Shown here piece by piece: positions 50,813-61,073 of a stretch of DNA of 64,000 nt. The stretch lies in the NCBI GenBank assembly GCA_022844165.1, contig JALHMH010000007.1, forward strand, positions 75,841-139,840, in the 5' to 3' direction. The first letter of the stretch is position 1. Each line of letters begins with the position of its first letter. This DNA comes from Lysobacterales bacterium (GTDB taxonomy: Bacteria > Pseudomonadota > Gammaproteobacteria > Xanthomonadales > SZUA-5). A model generated the notes under the pieces. That model was not told the origin of the DNA, ran no database searches, and worked only from the letters and a program-made list of their open reading frames with translations. Position numbers and translations under genes: made by a program.

Positions 50813-53800
50813 GTGATGATCATCATCGACACACCCACCGTCAGCGACTGGCGCGCCGAATATCGAGCGTTACGTGCAGCCCATCCCGGCGCCACACTGG
50901 TGCGCTACCGGCACGCGCCGCATTGGCTCGCAGACGATGCGATCGCACGCCTCGCCAAGGCCAGCGCCGCCGCCGGCGGATTGGCGATGCCGATTCCGGC
51001 TGGGTGGCTCGGCGTCGATGCGTCGGCATTGGACGATGCAGCCTTCGCGCGGTGTGCGCCAACGTCCATCCCCATCGACTGCGATCCGCCGCTATGGGTC
51101 GCTGTGCCGGTCGCAAGCGATGCCCTGTACCTGTGCGATCACGTCGTCGCCGATGTGGCAGCCGACCCGTGCCCGCCCGAGATCGGTGCATGGCTGGCAA
51201 GAATTGGCGCAACACCGCAACCGACAGTGCAAGCGGCGCGCACGCAACAACCGGTGGTATTGCATTTGCTTCACGGCTGGGGCGGCGGCGCTGCGCGCTT
51301 CGTGCGCGATCTGGCAGGCGCCGACGCCAGCAACGCACATCTGTTGTTGCAAGCCGTCAGTTGCGAAGGGGTTCACGGCGTCGCTCTGCGTTTGATCGAT
51401 GCGGCAAACGGCGCGATGTTGCGCGAATGGCCGCTGCTACCGCAAATCCGCAATATCGAGATCGCCCACGCCGGTTACCGTGCGGTGATCGAAGACTTGG
51501 TCGCCACACACGTCATCGAGCAAGTCTGGGTTTCCTCGCTGGTTGGGCATTCTTTGGATGCGCTGGACGTGGCGCTGCCGATCCGTTGGATGGTGCACGA
51601 CGCTCTGCCTTTTTGGCCGAAGCTCGATCTTGATTTTCACGATCCAGCGCTGCACTTCGACCACACGGCGCTGGCCGAAGCGCTCGCCGGGCCGGGCCTG
51701 TTTCGAGGCATCGGCGCAGCCGACTGGATGCGTTTGCAAGAGGCCGCCACCGAGCAGTTGCTGCGCCGCCAAGCGACCATTGTCGCGCCTTCCGCGTCGG
51801 CTCGCCGCCAGTTACTGCGTGTTGCACCAACGCTGGCGCCATTGCCAGCAGCCGTGATCGCGCACGGCACCGCACCGCTGCCGCGCGTGCACTTTGCAGC
51901 GCCGACCCGCGGCAAACTCAGGTTGGTGGTCATCGGCCGACTACAAGGTGGCAAAGGCGGCGAGTTCCTGCGATCGCTATTGCCGCAGATTCTGATTCAC
52001 GCCGACCTCTATCTGCTCGGCGCCGGCAAAGCGGCGCACGATTTGTTCGGCCAGCGGGGTGTGCACATCGTTCTTGACTACGAGCGCGAGCACTTGCCGC
52101 GATTGTTGGCCAGCATCGCGCCGCATGCGGCGTTGTTTCCAGGCACGGTCTCGGAGACCTTTTCTTATGCGTTGAGCGAAGCCATGCATCTTGGAGTGCC
52201 GCCGATCGCCAATCGCATTGGCGCTTTGGCCGAACGGGTCGACATCGGTCTTCTGCTGCCGCCAGAACCGCCCGCGTGGATTGAGGCGATTGCTGCGCTG
52301 GATCGCGACCGGACACCGTTGGCGCAATGGCGCGAATCGCTGCTGGCGCGCGCACCGCGTTCGCTGGACGCCATGCGTGCAGACTATCGGCCGCTGCTGC
52401 CACACGGCGAGCGCGAACCGTTGCGCTATCGTTGCCTTCCGTGGGGACCAACCGATGCGGCATTGTTGGCGGCGCAGTTCGAACGCAGCATGGCCAGTCG
52501 CGCAGAACGAACGGCGCAGGCGCTCATCGTCGCCCAACAGGCGGAATTGAGCACACGCGGCACCTGGGGATTTTCCCTGCAACAACGCCTGGACGAGCGC
52601 ACGCGCTGGGCGCAGAAGCTGCAGGCGGAACTCGGTGCCCAAACGGCGCTCAGAGAAGAAGCGCAGCGCCAACTGCGTTTGTCAGAGCACGAGCAACGTG
52701 CGCGAAGCATGCTGATCGAGGCGCGCTTGTACGAATCCGAGAGCCATCTGAAGCGCGCACAAGACCATTTTGAAGAACTAACGATCGTGCAGAAGCGACT
52801 GAATCACGACAACGAAGCCTTGCTGGCGGAGAACCGGCGACTGGCTACACTTGAAGTCCAACTGAGCGCCGATCGCGATCGCCTGCTGGGTGCCAAACAA
52901 ACGCTGGAGCACGAACGTAACATGCTGCTGGCGCAACGCGACGAGTTGCTGTCGAGCACCAGCTGGCGCCTTACCGCGCCGATCCGCGCCATCAGTCGAT
53001 ATGTACGCGACTTGCGCATGACGCTTGGGTTCCGGATGGCTCGCGTGAAGAGCGCCATACAGCGGTTTCGCGGCAGCCTTGCACGGCGCGGCTTGAGACC
53101 AACGCTCGAACGCGCGGCGCGCGAACTCAAGGATATGCAGCGCCAGGCCCCGAGTGCGCCCGCCTTTGCGCCGCCGGCGATCGATCCTGACTACACGCCA
53201 TTTGCTCTGCCGACCAGTACGGCACCGCGTGTATCAATAATCGTGCCCGTGTTCAACCAACTGCACTTCACCTGGAACGCGCTAAGGGCTATTGCCGACG
53301 TCGGCGCAAATGCGGATTTCGAGGTCATCGTCGTCGACGATGCCTCCGGCGACGCAACGGCAGAACGCGTTCCAACGGTGACCGGCGTTCGTTTCCACCG
53401 CAACTTTGAAAACCTCGGATTCATCGGCGCCTGCAACGCCGGCGCAGCGATGGCCCGAGGCGAGTACCTGGTGTTCTTGAACAACGATACCGCCGTTCAA
53501 CCGGGCTGGCTCGACGCATTATTGGCGCGCGCTCAACGACCCGGCGTCGGCCTCGTTGGCGCCAAACTGATCTATCCGGATGGCCGCCTGCAAGAGGCCG
53601 GCGGCATCGTCTTCGATGATGGCTCCGGCTGGAATTACGGGCGATTTGAACACCCGGACGATCCGCGTTTCGACTTTCCTCGCGAGGTCGACTATTGCTC
53701 CGGCGCGGCGATCCTGATTGCCAAGAACCTCTTCGATCGGCTCGGCGGATTCGATGCATTTTATGCGCCAGCATATTACGAGGACACCGATCTGGCGTTC

Positions 53801-55135
53801 AAAGTGCGCGCTCAAGGTTTGCAGGTCTGGTACGAGCCCGCAGCGCGCGTAGTGCACTACGAAGGCATCAGCAGCGGCACCGACCTGACGCAGGGCACCA
53901 AACGTTTTCAGCCGATCAACCGACAAAAATTCGCCGAACGCTGGCACGAGGCGCTCGCCGGGCAACCAGCGCCAGTTGAGCGCGATCGCATCGCCAGCGC
54001 GGCGCTGCATCGCTGCGCCGGCCGCGTGCTGCTGATCGACGCCAACACGCCCGAGCCCGATCAAGACTCGGGCTCGATGCGCTATGTCCATCTGATTCGC
54101 GTCTTCCAGGACTTGGGTTTTCAGGTCACGTTTTTTGCCGACAACCGCGCTTACCTGCCGGGTTATACCGAGCGGCTGCGGGCGCTCGGCGTTGAGGTGT
54201 TGTTTCATCCCTGGCTCGCCGATCCTGTCGCGTTTTTCAAACAACGCGGTGCCGAGTTCGATGCGGTGATGATTTCGCGCCACTACGTCGCGCGGCATTA
54301 CGTGGCGCTGGTGCGCGAACACGCCCATCGCGCGAAATTGGTCTTCGACACTGTGGATTTGCATTTTCTGCGCGAACAACGCGCCGCCCAGGTGGCCGGC
54401 AGCGAAGCGCTGGAACGCGCTGCGGATGCCACCAAGGCAGCCGAGATCGAGCTCGCACGCAAGTGCGATGTCACTTTGGTTGTCAGCCCCTTCGAGCAAA
54501 AGCTACTTTTGGAGCTGGTGCCTGGTGCGCGCGTCGATGTGTTGTCGAACATCCACGAGGTTGCCGGACGCCGTGCCGAGTTCGCAGCGCGCAAGGATTT
54601 TTGGTTCATCGGCGGTTTTCAGCATCAGCCGAATGTCGATGCGATGCAGTGGTTCGTCGGCGAGGTATGGCCGGCGATACGCGATCGCCTTCCGGATGCG
54701 CTGTTCCACATCGTCGGCAGCAAGATGCCCGACTGCATCGCCGCGCTGGCCGGCAATGGCGTCATCGCACACGGTTTTGTCGATAACGTCGAGCGCTTCC
54801 TCGACGGTTGCCGGGTCGCCGTCGCGCCGCTGCGTTTTGGTGCCGGCGTCAAGGGCAAGGTCAATCAAAGCATGGCCTACGGTCAGCCCGTCGTCGCCAC
54901 CACGTTGGCCGTCGAAGGCATGGCGATCGACCATGAGACAGAAGCGCTGGTCGCCGACGACGCGCAAACGTTCGCGCTGGAATGCGCGCGCCTATACGGC
55001 GACGAAGCGCTGTGGCTCAAGCTTTCGGATGCCGCGTTACGGAATATCGAAAAGCACTTTTCGTTCGCCGCCGCCAAACTGGCGCTGGCGCAGGTGCTAA
55101 GCCCGGCAGAGCTTACGAAGGCGCCGAATCAGTAG
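50813..55135 (+). CDS. Multidomain glycosyltransferase (GT4 - coiled coil - GT2 - GT4), likely surface-polysaccharide synthesis
   Basis: ETFSYALSEA; coiled coil ending SSTSWRLTAPIR; GT2 VSIIVPVFN, VVDDAS, FLNND, YYEDTD; C-terminal GAGVKGKV. Confidence 0.88.
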   Translation: MMIIIDTPTVSDWRAEYRALRAAHPGATLVRYRHAPHWLADDAIARLAKASAAAGGLAMPIPAGWLGVDASALDDAAFARCAPTSIPIDCDPPLWVAVPVASDALYLCDHVVADVAADPCPPEIGAWLARIGATPQPTVQAARTQQPVVLHLLHGWGGGAARFVRDLAGADASNAHLLLQAVSCEGVHGVALRLIDAANGAMLREWPLLPQIRNIEIAHAGYRAVIEDLVATHVIEQVWVSSLVGHSLDALDVALPIRWMVHDALPFWPKLDLDFHDPALHFDHTALAEALAGPGLFRGIGAADWMRLQEAATEQLLRRQATIVAPSASARRQLLRVAPTLAPLPAAVIAHGTAPLPRVHFAAPTRGKLRLVVIGRLQGGKGGEFLRSLLPQILIHADLYLLGAGKAAHDLFGQRGVHIVLDYEREHLPRLLASIAPHAALFPGTVSETFSYALSEAMHLGVPPIANRIGALAERVDIGLLLPPEPPAWIEAIAALDRDRTPLAQWRESLLARAPRSLDAMRADYRPLLPHGEREPLRYRCLPWGPTDAALLAAQFERSMASRAERTAQALIVAQQAELSTRGTWGFSLQQRLDERTRWAQKLQAELGAQTALREEAQRQLRLSEHEQRARSMLIEARLYESESHLKRAQDHFEELTIVQKRLNHDNEALLAENRRLATLEVQLSADRDRLLGAKQTLEHERNMLLAQRDELLSSTSWRLTAPIRAISRYVRDLRMTLGFRMARVKSAIQRFRGSLARRGLRPTLERAARELKDMQRQAPSAPAFAPPAIDPDYTPFALPTSTAPRVSIIVPVFNQLHFTWNALRAIADVGANADFEVIVVDDASGDATAERVPTVTGVRFHRNFENLGFIGACNAGAAMARGEYLVFLNNDTAVQPGWLDALLARAQRPGVGLVGAKLIYPDGRLQEAGGIVFDDGSGWNYGRFEHPDDPRFDFPREVDYCSGAAILIAKNLFDRLGGFDAFYAPAYYEDTDLAFKVRAQGLQVWYEPAARVVHYEGISSGTDLTQGTKRFQPINRQKFAERWHEALAGQPAPVERDRIASAALHRCAGRVLLIDANTPEPDQDSGSMRYVHLIRVFQDLGFQVTFFADNRAYLPGYTERLRALGVEVLFHPWLADPVAFFKQRGAEFDAVMISRHYVARHYVALVREHAHRAKLVFDTVDLHFLREQRAAQVAGSEALERAADATKAAEIELARKCDVTLVVSPFEQKLLLELVPGARVDVLSNIHEVAGRRAEFAARKDFWFIGGFQHQPNVDAMQWFVGEVWPAIRDRLPDALFHIVGSKMPDCIAALAGNGVIAHGFVDNVERFLDGCRVAVAPLRFGAGVKGKVNQSMAYGQPVVATTLAVEGMAIDHETEALVADDAQTFALECARLYGDEALWLKLSDAALRNIEKHFSFAAAKLALAQVLSPAELTKAPNQ

Positions 55136-57739
55136 CTCCCCACTGGCGCCGCGCCTGGCGCCCAGATCGAGTTTGCAGGGCTGATTTGCCGTCAACGACA
55201 CGCACATGCCCAAGATCAGCTGTGCGTCTTGGGTGCTGGTATGCGCCGCGCCGAAGCGCGCCGTGCGTGTTGCGACCGCCGACTTGAGCAATTCGACTCC
55301 ATCGGCCTCGCCATCCACGCAGCGAGCCAGTCCAAACCAGGTTTGCGTATCGGCAGTCAGCGCATGATTCGCGGGCAGTTTCGCGACGCGAATGGCCAGC
55401 GCACGCGCCAGAGGCGTTTGGCTGTCGCCACCCAACCACAACTGGACACGACCGAGGTTGGACAGCGGAAACGCCAGGCTCGGGTGATCCGCAGCGTGCT
55501 CCCGCTCGAGCGCGTCGAGCGCCTCTTGATAACGCCGCAACGCTGCGGGCAGATCGTCAGCGCCTTCGTCCATCAGCCCAAGATTGTTGAGCGCGCCCGC
55601 CACCGCCGCATGGCTGGGCTTCAACTGCTTTCCGTAGATCTCCAACGCACCTTCGAACAGCGTCCGGGCTTCGCTACCGTCACTTTTATCCCGGAGAACC
55701 AAACCCAGGTTGTTCATCGCAGACGCCAACGGTACCGAATCGGGTACCGTCTGCGAGAAGATCGCGATCGCCTCGCGAAGCAGCGCTTCGGCCGCGGCCA
55801 GATCGCGCACTTCAGACTGCGTGACACCCAGGTAACTCAAGCTCTGCGCCACCAGGCGATGGTCCGCGCCATAGATCTTTCGTCGCAGCGCCAGAGACTC
55901 CTGGAACGCGTCAATGGCGGCAGGGAATTCGCCACGCGCCAAGGCCAAAGTGCCCTTCGCATCGAGTGCGGTAGCGAGCAACGCCGAGTCCGAATCGCGC
56001 GCCAGCGTCAGGGCCCGTCCGTAATACTCGTCTGCGCGATCCAGGTCGCCCTGGCGCCAATGCCACGCGCCGAGCCGCAAAGCCACGTTGGGCGACGCTT
56101 CGTCCGACAAACTCGCAGCGCGTTCCAGCAACGGGCGCGATCGCGCATGGTCGCCCTGCAATTCGAGGGTCGCGGCCAGTGCCAGTCTGACGTCGACCTC
56201 GAACACCGGATCGCGCCTTTCCTGTGCCAGTTGCAACGATTGCTGGAGCGCCCTCTCTGCTTCCTTGTAGTTGCCAAGTTCGCGCTCGACCAGCCCAACC
56301 CGGTACATGGCTGCGCCGCGCTGGTCCGGTGCGATCGCCAGCGCACGCTCGGCCAGCGAACGCGACTCGGCATAGGCCCCGAGATTGCGCTGCACATCGG
56401 CCAAGGTCAGCAACAATGCGGCATGCGTATCGGCTGGCAGTTGTTGCCGTTCGAGTTCGCTGCGCCCACGTTGCAGCAGTTCGCTGGCGCGCAGGTCCTG
56501 CCCGCCCTGTCGGGTGCGATCGGATTGCTCGAACAGACTCATCAGGAACGCGACGGTCGAGTCACTGCGATCGCGTTCGATCTGCGCTTGTGCCAGCGCC
56601 CGGACGGTGCGTTCCGCCTCTTGCCATGAGCGCAGGCTGAAACCTGCCACGATCAGGATCAGCGCCAGACTGAAGCTCGCCAATTGCCAGTGACGACGCA
56701 TCCACAAGGCGAATCGATAACGGCGCTGGCCGCCGCGCGCTGCGACCGGGCGCAGATCAAGAAGTGCGTTCAGATCGGCTGTAAAGGCTGCGGCACTGTA
56801 GCGGCGCTGCGGTTCGCCAGCGACCGCGCGATGCAGGATCGCGACCAGATCGGCCGGCAGGCGTTCGCCACTCACGCTAGTGCGATGCACCTTTGGCAAA
56901 TCGCCGCGCATCGCGGCAGCAGAGCGTTCGACGGGATCCTCAGCGTGCGGCAACTTGCCGGTCAGCAATTCGTGCAGCAACACGCCAAGGCCGTAGATAT
57001 CGATCGCCGTGCTCACTGGTCCCGCGGCGATTTGCTCTGGCGCGGCGTAAAGCGCTGTATACGGCGGTGTGGCAGTGCTTGCCTCATCGGTATCCAATAG
57101 CTTGGCGATACCGAAGTCGAGCAATACCGGCGCGCTGCTATTGTCCACCAAAACGTTGCTGGGCTTGATGTCGCGATGCACGATGAGCTGCTGATGGGCA
57201 GCTGCGATTGCATCCAGGAGTGGCAAAACCAGCGTGACTATTTGCCGCCAGCCCAGTTTTCTGTCTCGGCAATACTGATCGATGCGTTCGCCCTCGATAT
57301 ACGGCATCAACAGATATGGGCGGCCATCATCGAGTGTGCCGCTGGCGATCAGGTGCGCAACGTGGCGGTGCTCCAGGCGCGCCAGAACCGCGCATTCGCG
57401 AGCAAAGCGCGACCACTGTTCGCGATGTGTCGTCAATACTTTGAGCGCCGCGCGTTGTGCTTGACCCTCGCGCTCTACGAGGTACACGGCGCCCATGCCA
57501 CCCTCGCCGATCTGTCGGAGCATGCGCCAGCCGGTCAACTTGGCAGTGTTTTGCGGTACCTCCACGACAAGGCCCGGGTCCAGTAGCGACGGCTTCTCAT
57601 GCGCGTCCAGCAGCGCCTCGACTTCAGCGCGCATAGGCGACTCGCACTGCGCAGCGAGCCACTCACGGCGCGATCCCTGGGGCTGCTCCAGCGCCGCATG
57701 GAACAGTGTCCATTGTTCTTGCCAGTGTTCGCGATCCAT
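55097..57739 (-). CDS. Ser/Thr kinase-TPR protein, ECF-associated type
   Basis: N-terminal LF..AL...R..WL...C...R.EV..LL.AH; IGEGGMGAVY, HRDIKPSN, DFGIAK, YAAPEQ; TM; TPR repeats. Confidence 0.9.
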   Translation of the reverse strand: MDREHWQEQWTLFHAALEQPQGSRREWLAAQCESPMRAEVEALLDAHEKPSLLDPGLVVEVPQNTAKLTGWRMLRQIGEGGMGAVYLVEREGQAQRAALKVLTTHREQWSRFARECAVLARLEHRHVAHLIASGTLDDGRPYLLMPYIEGERIDQYCRDRKLGWRQIVTLVLPLLDAIAAAHQQLIVHRDIKPSNVLVDNSSAPVLLDFGIAKLLDTDEASTATPPYTALYAAPEQIAAGPVSTAIDIYGLGVLLHELLTGKLPHAEDPVERSAAAMRGDLPKVHRTSVSGERLPADLVAILHRAVAGEPQRRYSAAAFTADLNALLDLRPVAARGGQRRYRFALWMRRHWQLASFSLALILIVAGFSLRSWQEAERTVRALAQAQIERDRSDSTVAFLMSLFEQSDRTRQGGQDLRASELLQRGRSELERQQLPADTHAALLLTLADVQRNLGAYAESRSLAERALAIAPDQRGAAMYRVGLVERELGNYKEAERALQQSLQLAQERRDPVFEVDVRLALAATLELQGDHARSRPLLERAASLSDEASPNVALRLGAWHWRQGDLDRADEYYGRALTLARDSDSALLATALDAKGTLALARGEFPAAIDAFQESLALRRKIYGADHRLVAQSLSYLGVTQSEVRDLAAAEALLREAIAIFSQTVPDSVPLASAMNNLGLVLRDKSDGSEARTLFEGALEIYGKQLKPSHAAVAGALNNLGLMDEGADDLPAALRRYQEALDALEREHAADHPSLAFPLSNLGRVQLWLGGDSQTPLARALAIRVAKLPANHALTADTQTWFGLARCVDGEADGVELLKSAVATRTARFGAAHTSTQDAQLILGMCVSLTANQPCKLDLGARRGASGELLIRRLRKLCRA

Positions 57740-57745
57740 GCGCAC

Positions 57746-57755
57746 ATCGTAGTCT
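57746..57755. promoter_or_regulatory. Overlapping divergent -10 boxes (putative leaderless starts)
   Basis: Plus-strand TAGTCT (57750-55) is 6 nt from ATG 57762; minus-strand TACGAT (57751-46) is 6 nt from ATG 57739. Confidence 0.5.
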
Positions 57756-57761
57756 TAGCGT

Positions 57762-58247
57762 ATGGATGTCGACAACGATGCGCTATTCGCCAGCGTCTAT
57801 GCCGAACTCCGCCAGCTCGCGCGGCGGCGCCTGCGTGGCGGCGTAACGCTGTCGCCGACGGCGCTGGTTCACGAGACTTACCTGCGCCTGACCGGTTCGT
57901 CACTGCCCACAATCAAGAACGCGAGGCATTTTGTGGCCATCGCCGCGATTGCCATGCGTCGGATTTTGATCGAACGCGCGCGCGCGGCGCAGCGCCTGAA
58001 GCGCGAGCCACCCAGCGCGATGACCGACCCGCATGGCGCAGTCATGCCAGCGGCGAAACTGCTGGAACTCGACGCGGCGTTGGGCCGGCTGTCGCAGCTC
58101 GACGCGGAGATGGCTCGGGTTGTCGAGCTGCGATACTTCGCCGGGCTCACGGTAGAAGAAGCGGCCGATGTCATCGGAATCGCGCCACGAAGCGTCAACC
58201 GTGCCTGGACCGCAGCGCGGGCATGGCTGCAGCGCGAACTGGGGTGA
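57762..58247 (+). CDS. ECF sigma factor, kinase-associated (ECF43/Sig70_X6-like)
   Basis: VYAELRQLA, TLSPTALVHETYLRL, AMRRILI, VVELRYFAGLT.EE.A, R.W..ARAWL. Confidence 0.9.
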   Translation: MDVDNDALFASVYAELRQLARRRLRGGVTLSPTALVHETYLRLTGSSLPTIKNARHFVAIAAIAMRRILIERARAAQRLKREPPSAMTDPHGAVMPAAKLLELDAALGRLSQLDAEMARVVELRYFAGLTVEEAADVIGIAPRSVNRAWTAARAWLQRELG

Positions 58248-58322
58248 TGCGGCCTAAAAATATCTGGCGCGGTTTTTCGCCGCACGGCGCATTAGCGACT
58301 AACCCTGCTTCGGATTGTCGCC

Positions 58323-59570
58323 ATGCGCCATCTGTTCCTTCTTTTGCTGTTGCTACCGTGCCTCGCGCATGGCCAAGATTTCCTGACTCGCGATCTGGTC
58401 GTCAACAACCGCCAGCTACAGGAAATTCGCTTGGGCGCTACCACACGCTTGCCGCCGAGCGGCATCGCCAGCGCCGCCTTAGTCGCGGTCGTCGTCACCA
58501 ACGGTCCCGTCGGCGGCACCACCAGTTTGATGGGCAGCGTGATCGATGGCGGCACCCTTTACACGGGTGGCACGGCACCGACGTTCGCGTCGATTATCGC
58601 CCAAGGCAGCGCCTTCGGCCTGGGCGGCGGTTGTCAACGCGGCACCATCACAGACTTCCCAGTGATCAACCAAAATCGCCCGCGCGTCGCGCGTTTCGAT
58701 GCCGGAACCGGCTTGTTCACGCTGCTGACGCCACCCATACCTGGCAGTGATCTGTACGATTCAACCGCCTGCGTTGCGAAGAATGGCATCCTCTATTTTC
58801 TGGTCAGCAATCGCAGCCTGAGCCGCCTCGAAGTTTATTCGGATAGCGGTAGCGGCTGGACATTCGTGACCAGCTACAGCGGTGTCATCACGCCCTTCGC
58901 GGGCGGCATCCGACCCACGCTGGCGACTTATGCCCAAGAGAACGCGCTGATGACCGTGTATCAGTTGACCAATGGGCAAATTCTCGCGCGGCGCATCGAA
59001 CTGGGTCGCGGCGCCAGCGGAACCTGTTTGCTGGCAAGTCCATTGGCGCCGGTTGGATTTACGGTCGTGCTGGAGGCCGCGCTGATTCAGATGATCATCT
59101 CGGATTCTTGGTTCACTTTTGCGGCGGACGTCAATCGCGATGGCTTTGCCGAGATCTACACGTTCGACTTGGACGGCGCCTGCACGGTTTACAGTTTTGC
59201 AGCCAACGGCACGCCCATCGCCGGCAACGGCTACAACTGGGGCAGCTTCGCCGTAATACCGGGCAGGGTGTTCGGGGATCCGGTGAACTTGTTTTTCACG
59301 CTGCTGGCGACCGCTGCGATCGATTCGCCAGCGTCTTTATCGCCCTATGCCTCGCCGAAGTCGGGCAACGGCGGGCCGATAGCAGCGTGTGACGCAAGGC
59401 TATGGCAAATCGGCGACGGCTATATCGCTGCTGGTGCCGGTATCAACAACACGCATCTTTCGCTGCACGCGCCGGTGCGCGCTCGAGTTTTGCATCGTGC
59501 CGACCAGATTGCGCAGATGCGCCAGGAAGCCAACGTATTTGCTGGTATCGAGTGCGGACCTCGCTTCTAG
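58323..59570 (+). CDS. Secreted beta-rich hypothetical protein
   Basis: Signal peptide ending AHG|Q; several Cys; its TAG stop is part of the CTAG MITE site. Confidence 0.75.
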   Translation: MRHLFLLLLLLPCLAHGQDFLTRDLVVNNRQLQEIRLGATTRLPPSGIASAALVAVVVTNGPVGGTTSLMGSVIDGGTLYTGGTAPTFASIIAQGSAFGLGGGCQRGTITDFPVINQNRPRVARFDAGTGLFTLLTPPIPGSDLYDSTACVAKNGILYFLVSNRSLSRLEVYSDSGSGWTFVTSYSGVITPFAGGIRPTLATYAQENALMTVYQLTNGQILARRIELGRGASGTCLLASPLAPVGFTVVLEAALIQMIISDSWFTFAADVNRDGFAEIYTFDLDGACTVYSFAANGTPIAGNGYNWGSFAVIPGRVFGDPVNLFFTLLATAAIDSPASLSPYASPKSGNGGPIAACDARLWQIGDGYIAAGAGINNTHLSLHAPVRARVLHRADQIAQMRQEANVFAGIECGPRF

Positions 59571-59722
59571 CACGATGTTGAGAAACGCACTTCCTGTGCG
59601 TTTCTCAAGTCGCGAGTCCGGCACATGTCCGGACTCGCTCTCCATGGATCAAGCACTTACGTGCTCGACCCATGAGCGAACCATCCATGGTTCGCGCCCG
59701 CAGCCTGTTTCTCAACAGCCTG
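59571..59722. mobile_element. MITE family A (152 bp), flanked by CTAG
   Basis: TIRs CACGATGTTGAGAAA / TTTCTCAACAGCCTG (13/15); CTAG at 59567 and 59723; interior made of hairpins. Confidence 0.8.
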
Positions 59723-59726
59723 CTAG

Positions 59727-59940
59727 TGTGGTGTTCCGTCATTAAGTTGAACAATATTTCCGATGGATTTCGGCGTGAGGGTGAAAGTCGGTGGCTTTCG
59801 CGGCATGCCGCGAGCCGACTTGAACGACCGGCGGCTGCGCCGCCGGGCCGGACGACATCGCTCTTCTATGGCGACGAGAAGCAACGCTGCATGGGGTCGA
59901 AAGAAGCGGAAATAGTTCAAGGCAATTACGGAACACCACA
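59727..59940. mobile_element. MITE family B (214 bp), TGT...ACA ends, IS481-like
   Basis: ~35-bp imperfect TIR TGTGGTGTTCCGT..TTGAAC..TTTCCG / CGGAAA..GTTCAA..ACGGAACACCACA; CTAG on both sides. Confidence 0.82.
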
Positions 59941-59944
59941 CTAG

Positions 59945-60102
59945 TGTGGTGTCCCAGAAGTAAGTTGAACTAAATTTCCGATGGATTTCGGTCCGAGGCA
60001 AGGCGAGAGAAGGAGCCATAGCAGCGCTATGGCGACGACGAACAACGCAGCATTCGGGTCGAAAGACGCGGAAATTGTTCACCTTACTTTTGGGACACCA
60101 CA
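59945..60102. mobile_element. MITE family B, second variant (158 bp)
   Basis: TIR TGTGGTGTCCCAGAAGTAAG / CTTACTTTTGGGACACCACA; CTAG at 59941 and 60103. Confidence 0.82.
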
Positions 60103-60215
60103 CTAGCACGCGTCGGACGAAGTGATGGCCGCGCTATGGACAATGCAGCACTTGGTCCAAAAAGCGCTGAAACGATTCCAGTCGGTTGGGGGCACTCAAT
60201 AACATCGGCTTGGCT

Positions 60216-61073
60216 TCACTCATCCACCCAACGCACGATGCGTTGCGCGGCTTCGTATTGCGCGCGGGGCAAAGTGCGAAACAGGGCCGTCGGCAGGTCG
60301 CTGCCCCTGGGGCAGCCGAACTGCGCACAGGTGTACAGCGTCCACAACCCATCGGCATCGCAGCTCTTGGTCCGTTGGCACGCCAACCAATCTGCGGCCG
60401 GCATGAGCGCAGCGTCCAGATCCGGCTCGGCCGGGATCGGGACGCCGCGGAAAACGTCGTCGAGCGGCAGCGCTGCGTTCTCGATCAGGTAGCGCAGCGA
60501 TTCGACCAGCAATCGCGCATCCACGCCAAGGCGCACGTTGGCGTTGGCGACGGCGATCGCAGCCTGCGGCGATTCGATCGCTTCGATGATGCTCGGCAGT
60601 TGCACGTTGCGCGCGGCGAGTTCCTCGCGCGTCATGTCGCGCGATTCAAGATCGGCATCGGTCAGCCCCACACAACGCGCCATGAGCGCCTCGATCCAAG
60701 GCTGTCGGTTCGGGTCATCGTCTACCCGTTCGGCAGACGCATCCGGGCGCCGAACGATCGCGCAGGCAACGCGCACTTCTTCTTCCAGTGCAGCGCGTTG
60801 CGCAGGATTAACGTGCGGATTGGAGCGCAGAATGACTAACGATGAGCGGTAGTCGAGCGAGCGCCGCACGTCGCTCGCCAGTGGATCGTAGATCCGCAAC
60901 CGCTGCCGCGCTGGCCTGCCGGTGCCCTGCGAAATCGGCGGCGGCGCATCGCCCTCGTAGACTGTAGCGGTCTTGCCGCGGACCAAAAGCGCGTCGCTGG
61001 CGGTCTCGTAGAACACGACGAACGCCACCGATCCAAGCACTGCAACGATCATCCAGAGCGTGTTCCTGGTCAT
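60216..61073 (-). CDS. Membrane-anchored Cys-rich hypothetical protein (paralog 2)
   Basis: N-terminal TM; C-x4-C-x9-C-x4-C..GSDL motif. Confidence 0.75.
   Translation of the reverse strand: MTRNTLWMIVAVLGSVAFVVFYETASDALLVRGKTATVYEGDAPPPISQGTGRPARQRLRIYDPLASDVRRSLDYRSSLVILRSNPHVNPAQRAALEEEVRVACAIVRRPDASAERVDDDPNRQPWIEALMARCVGLTDADLESRDMTREELAARNVQLPSIIEAIESPQAAIAVANANVRLGVDARLLVESLRYLIENAALPLDDVFRGVPIPAEPDLDAALMPAADWLACQRTKSCDADGLWTLYTCAQFGCPRGSDLPTALFRTLPRAQYEAAQRIVRWVDE

Noticed and set aside
59672-60109. Short ORFs across the MITE stack
   Set aside because: They begin and end within TIR/CTAG sequences and do not resemble a transposase.
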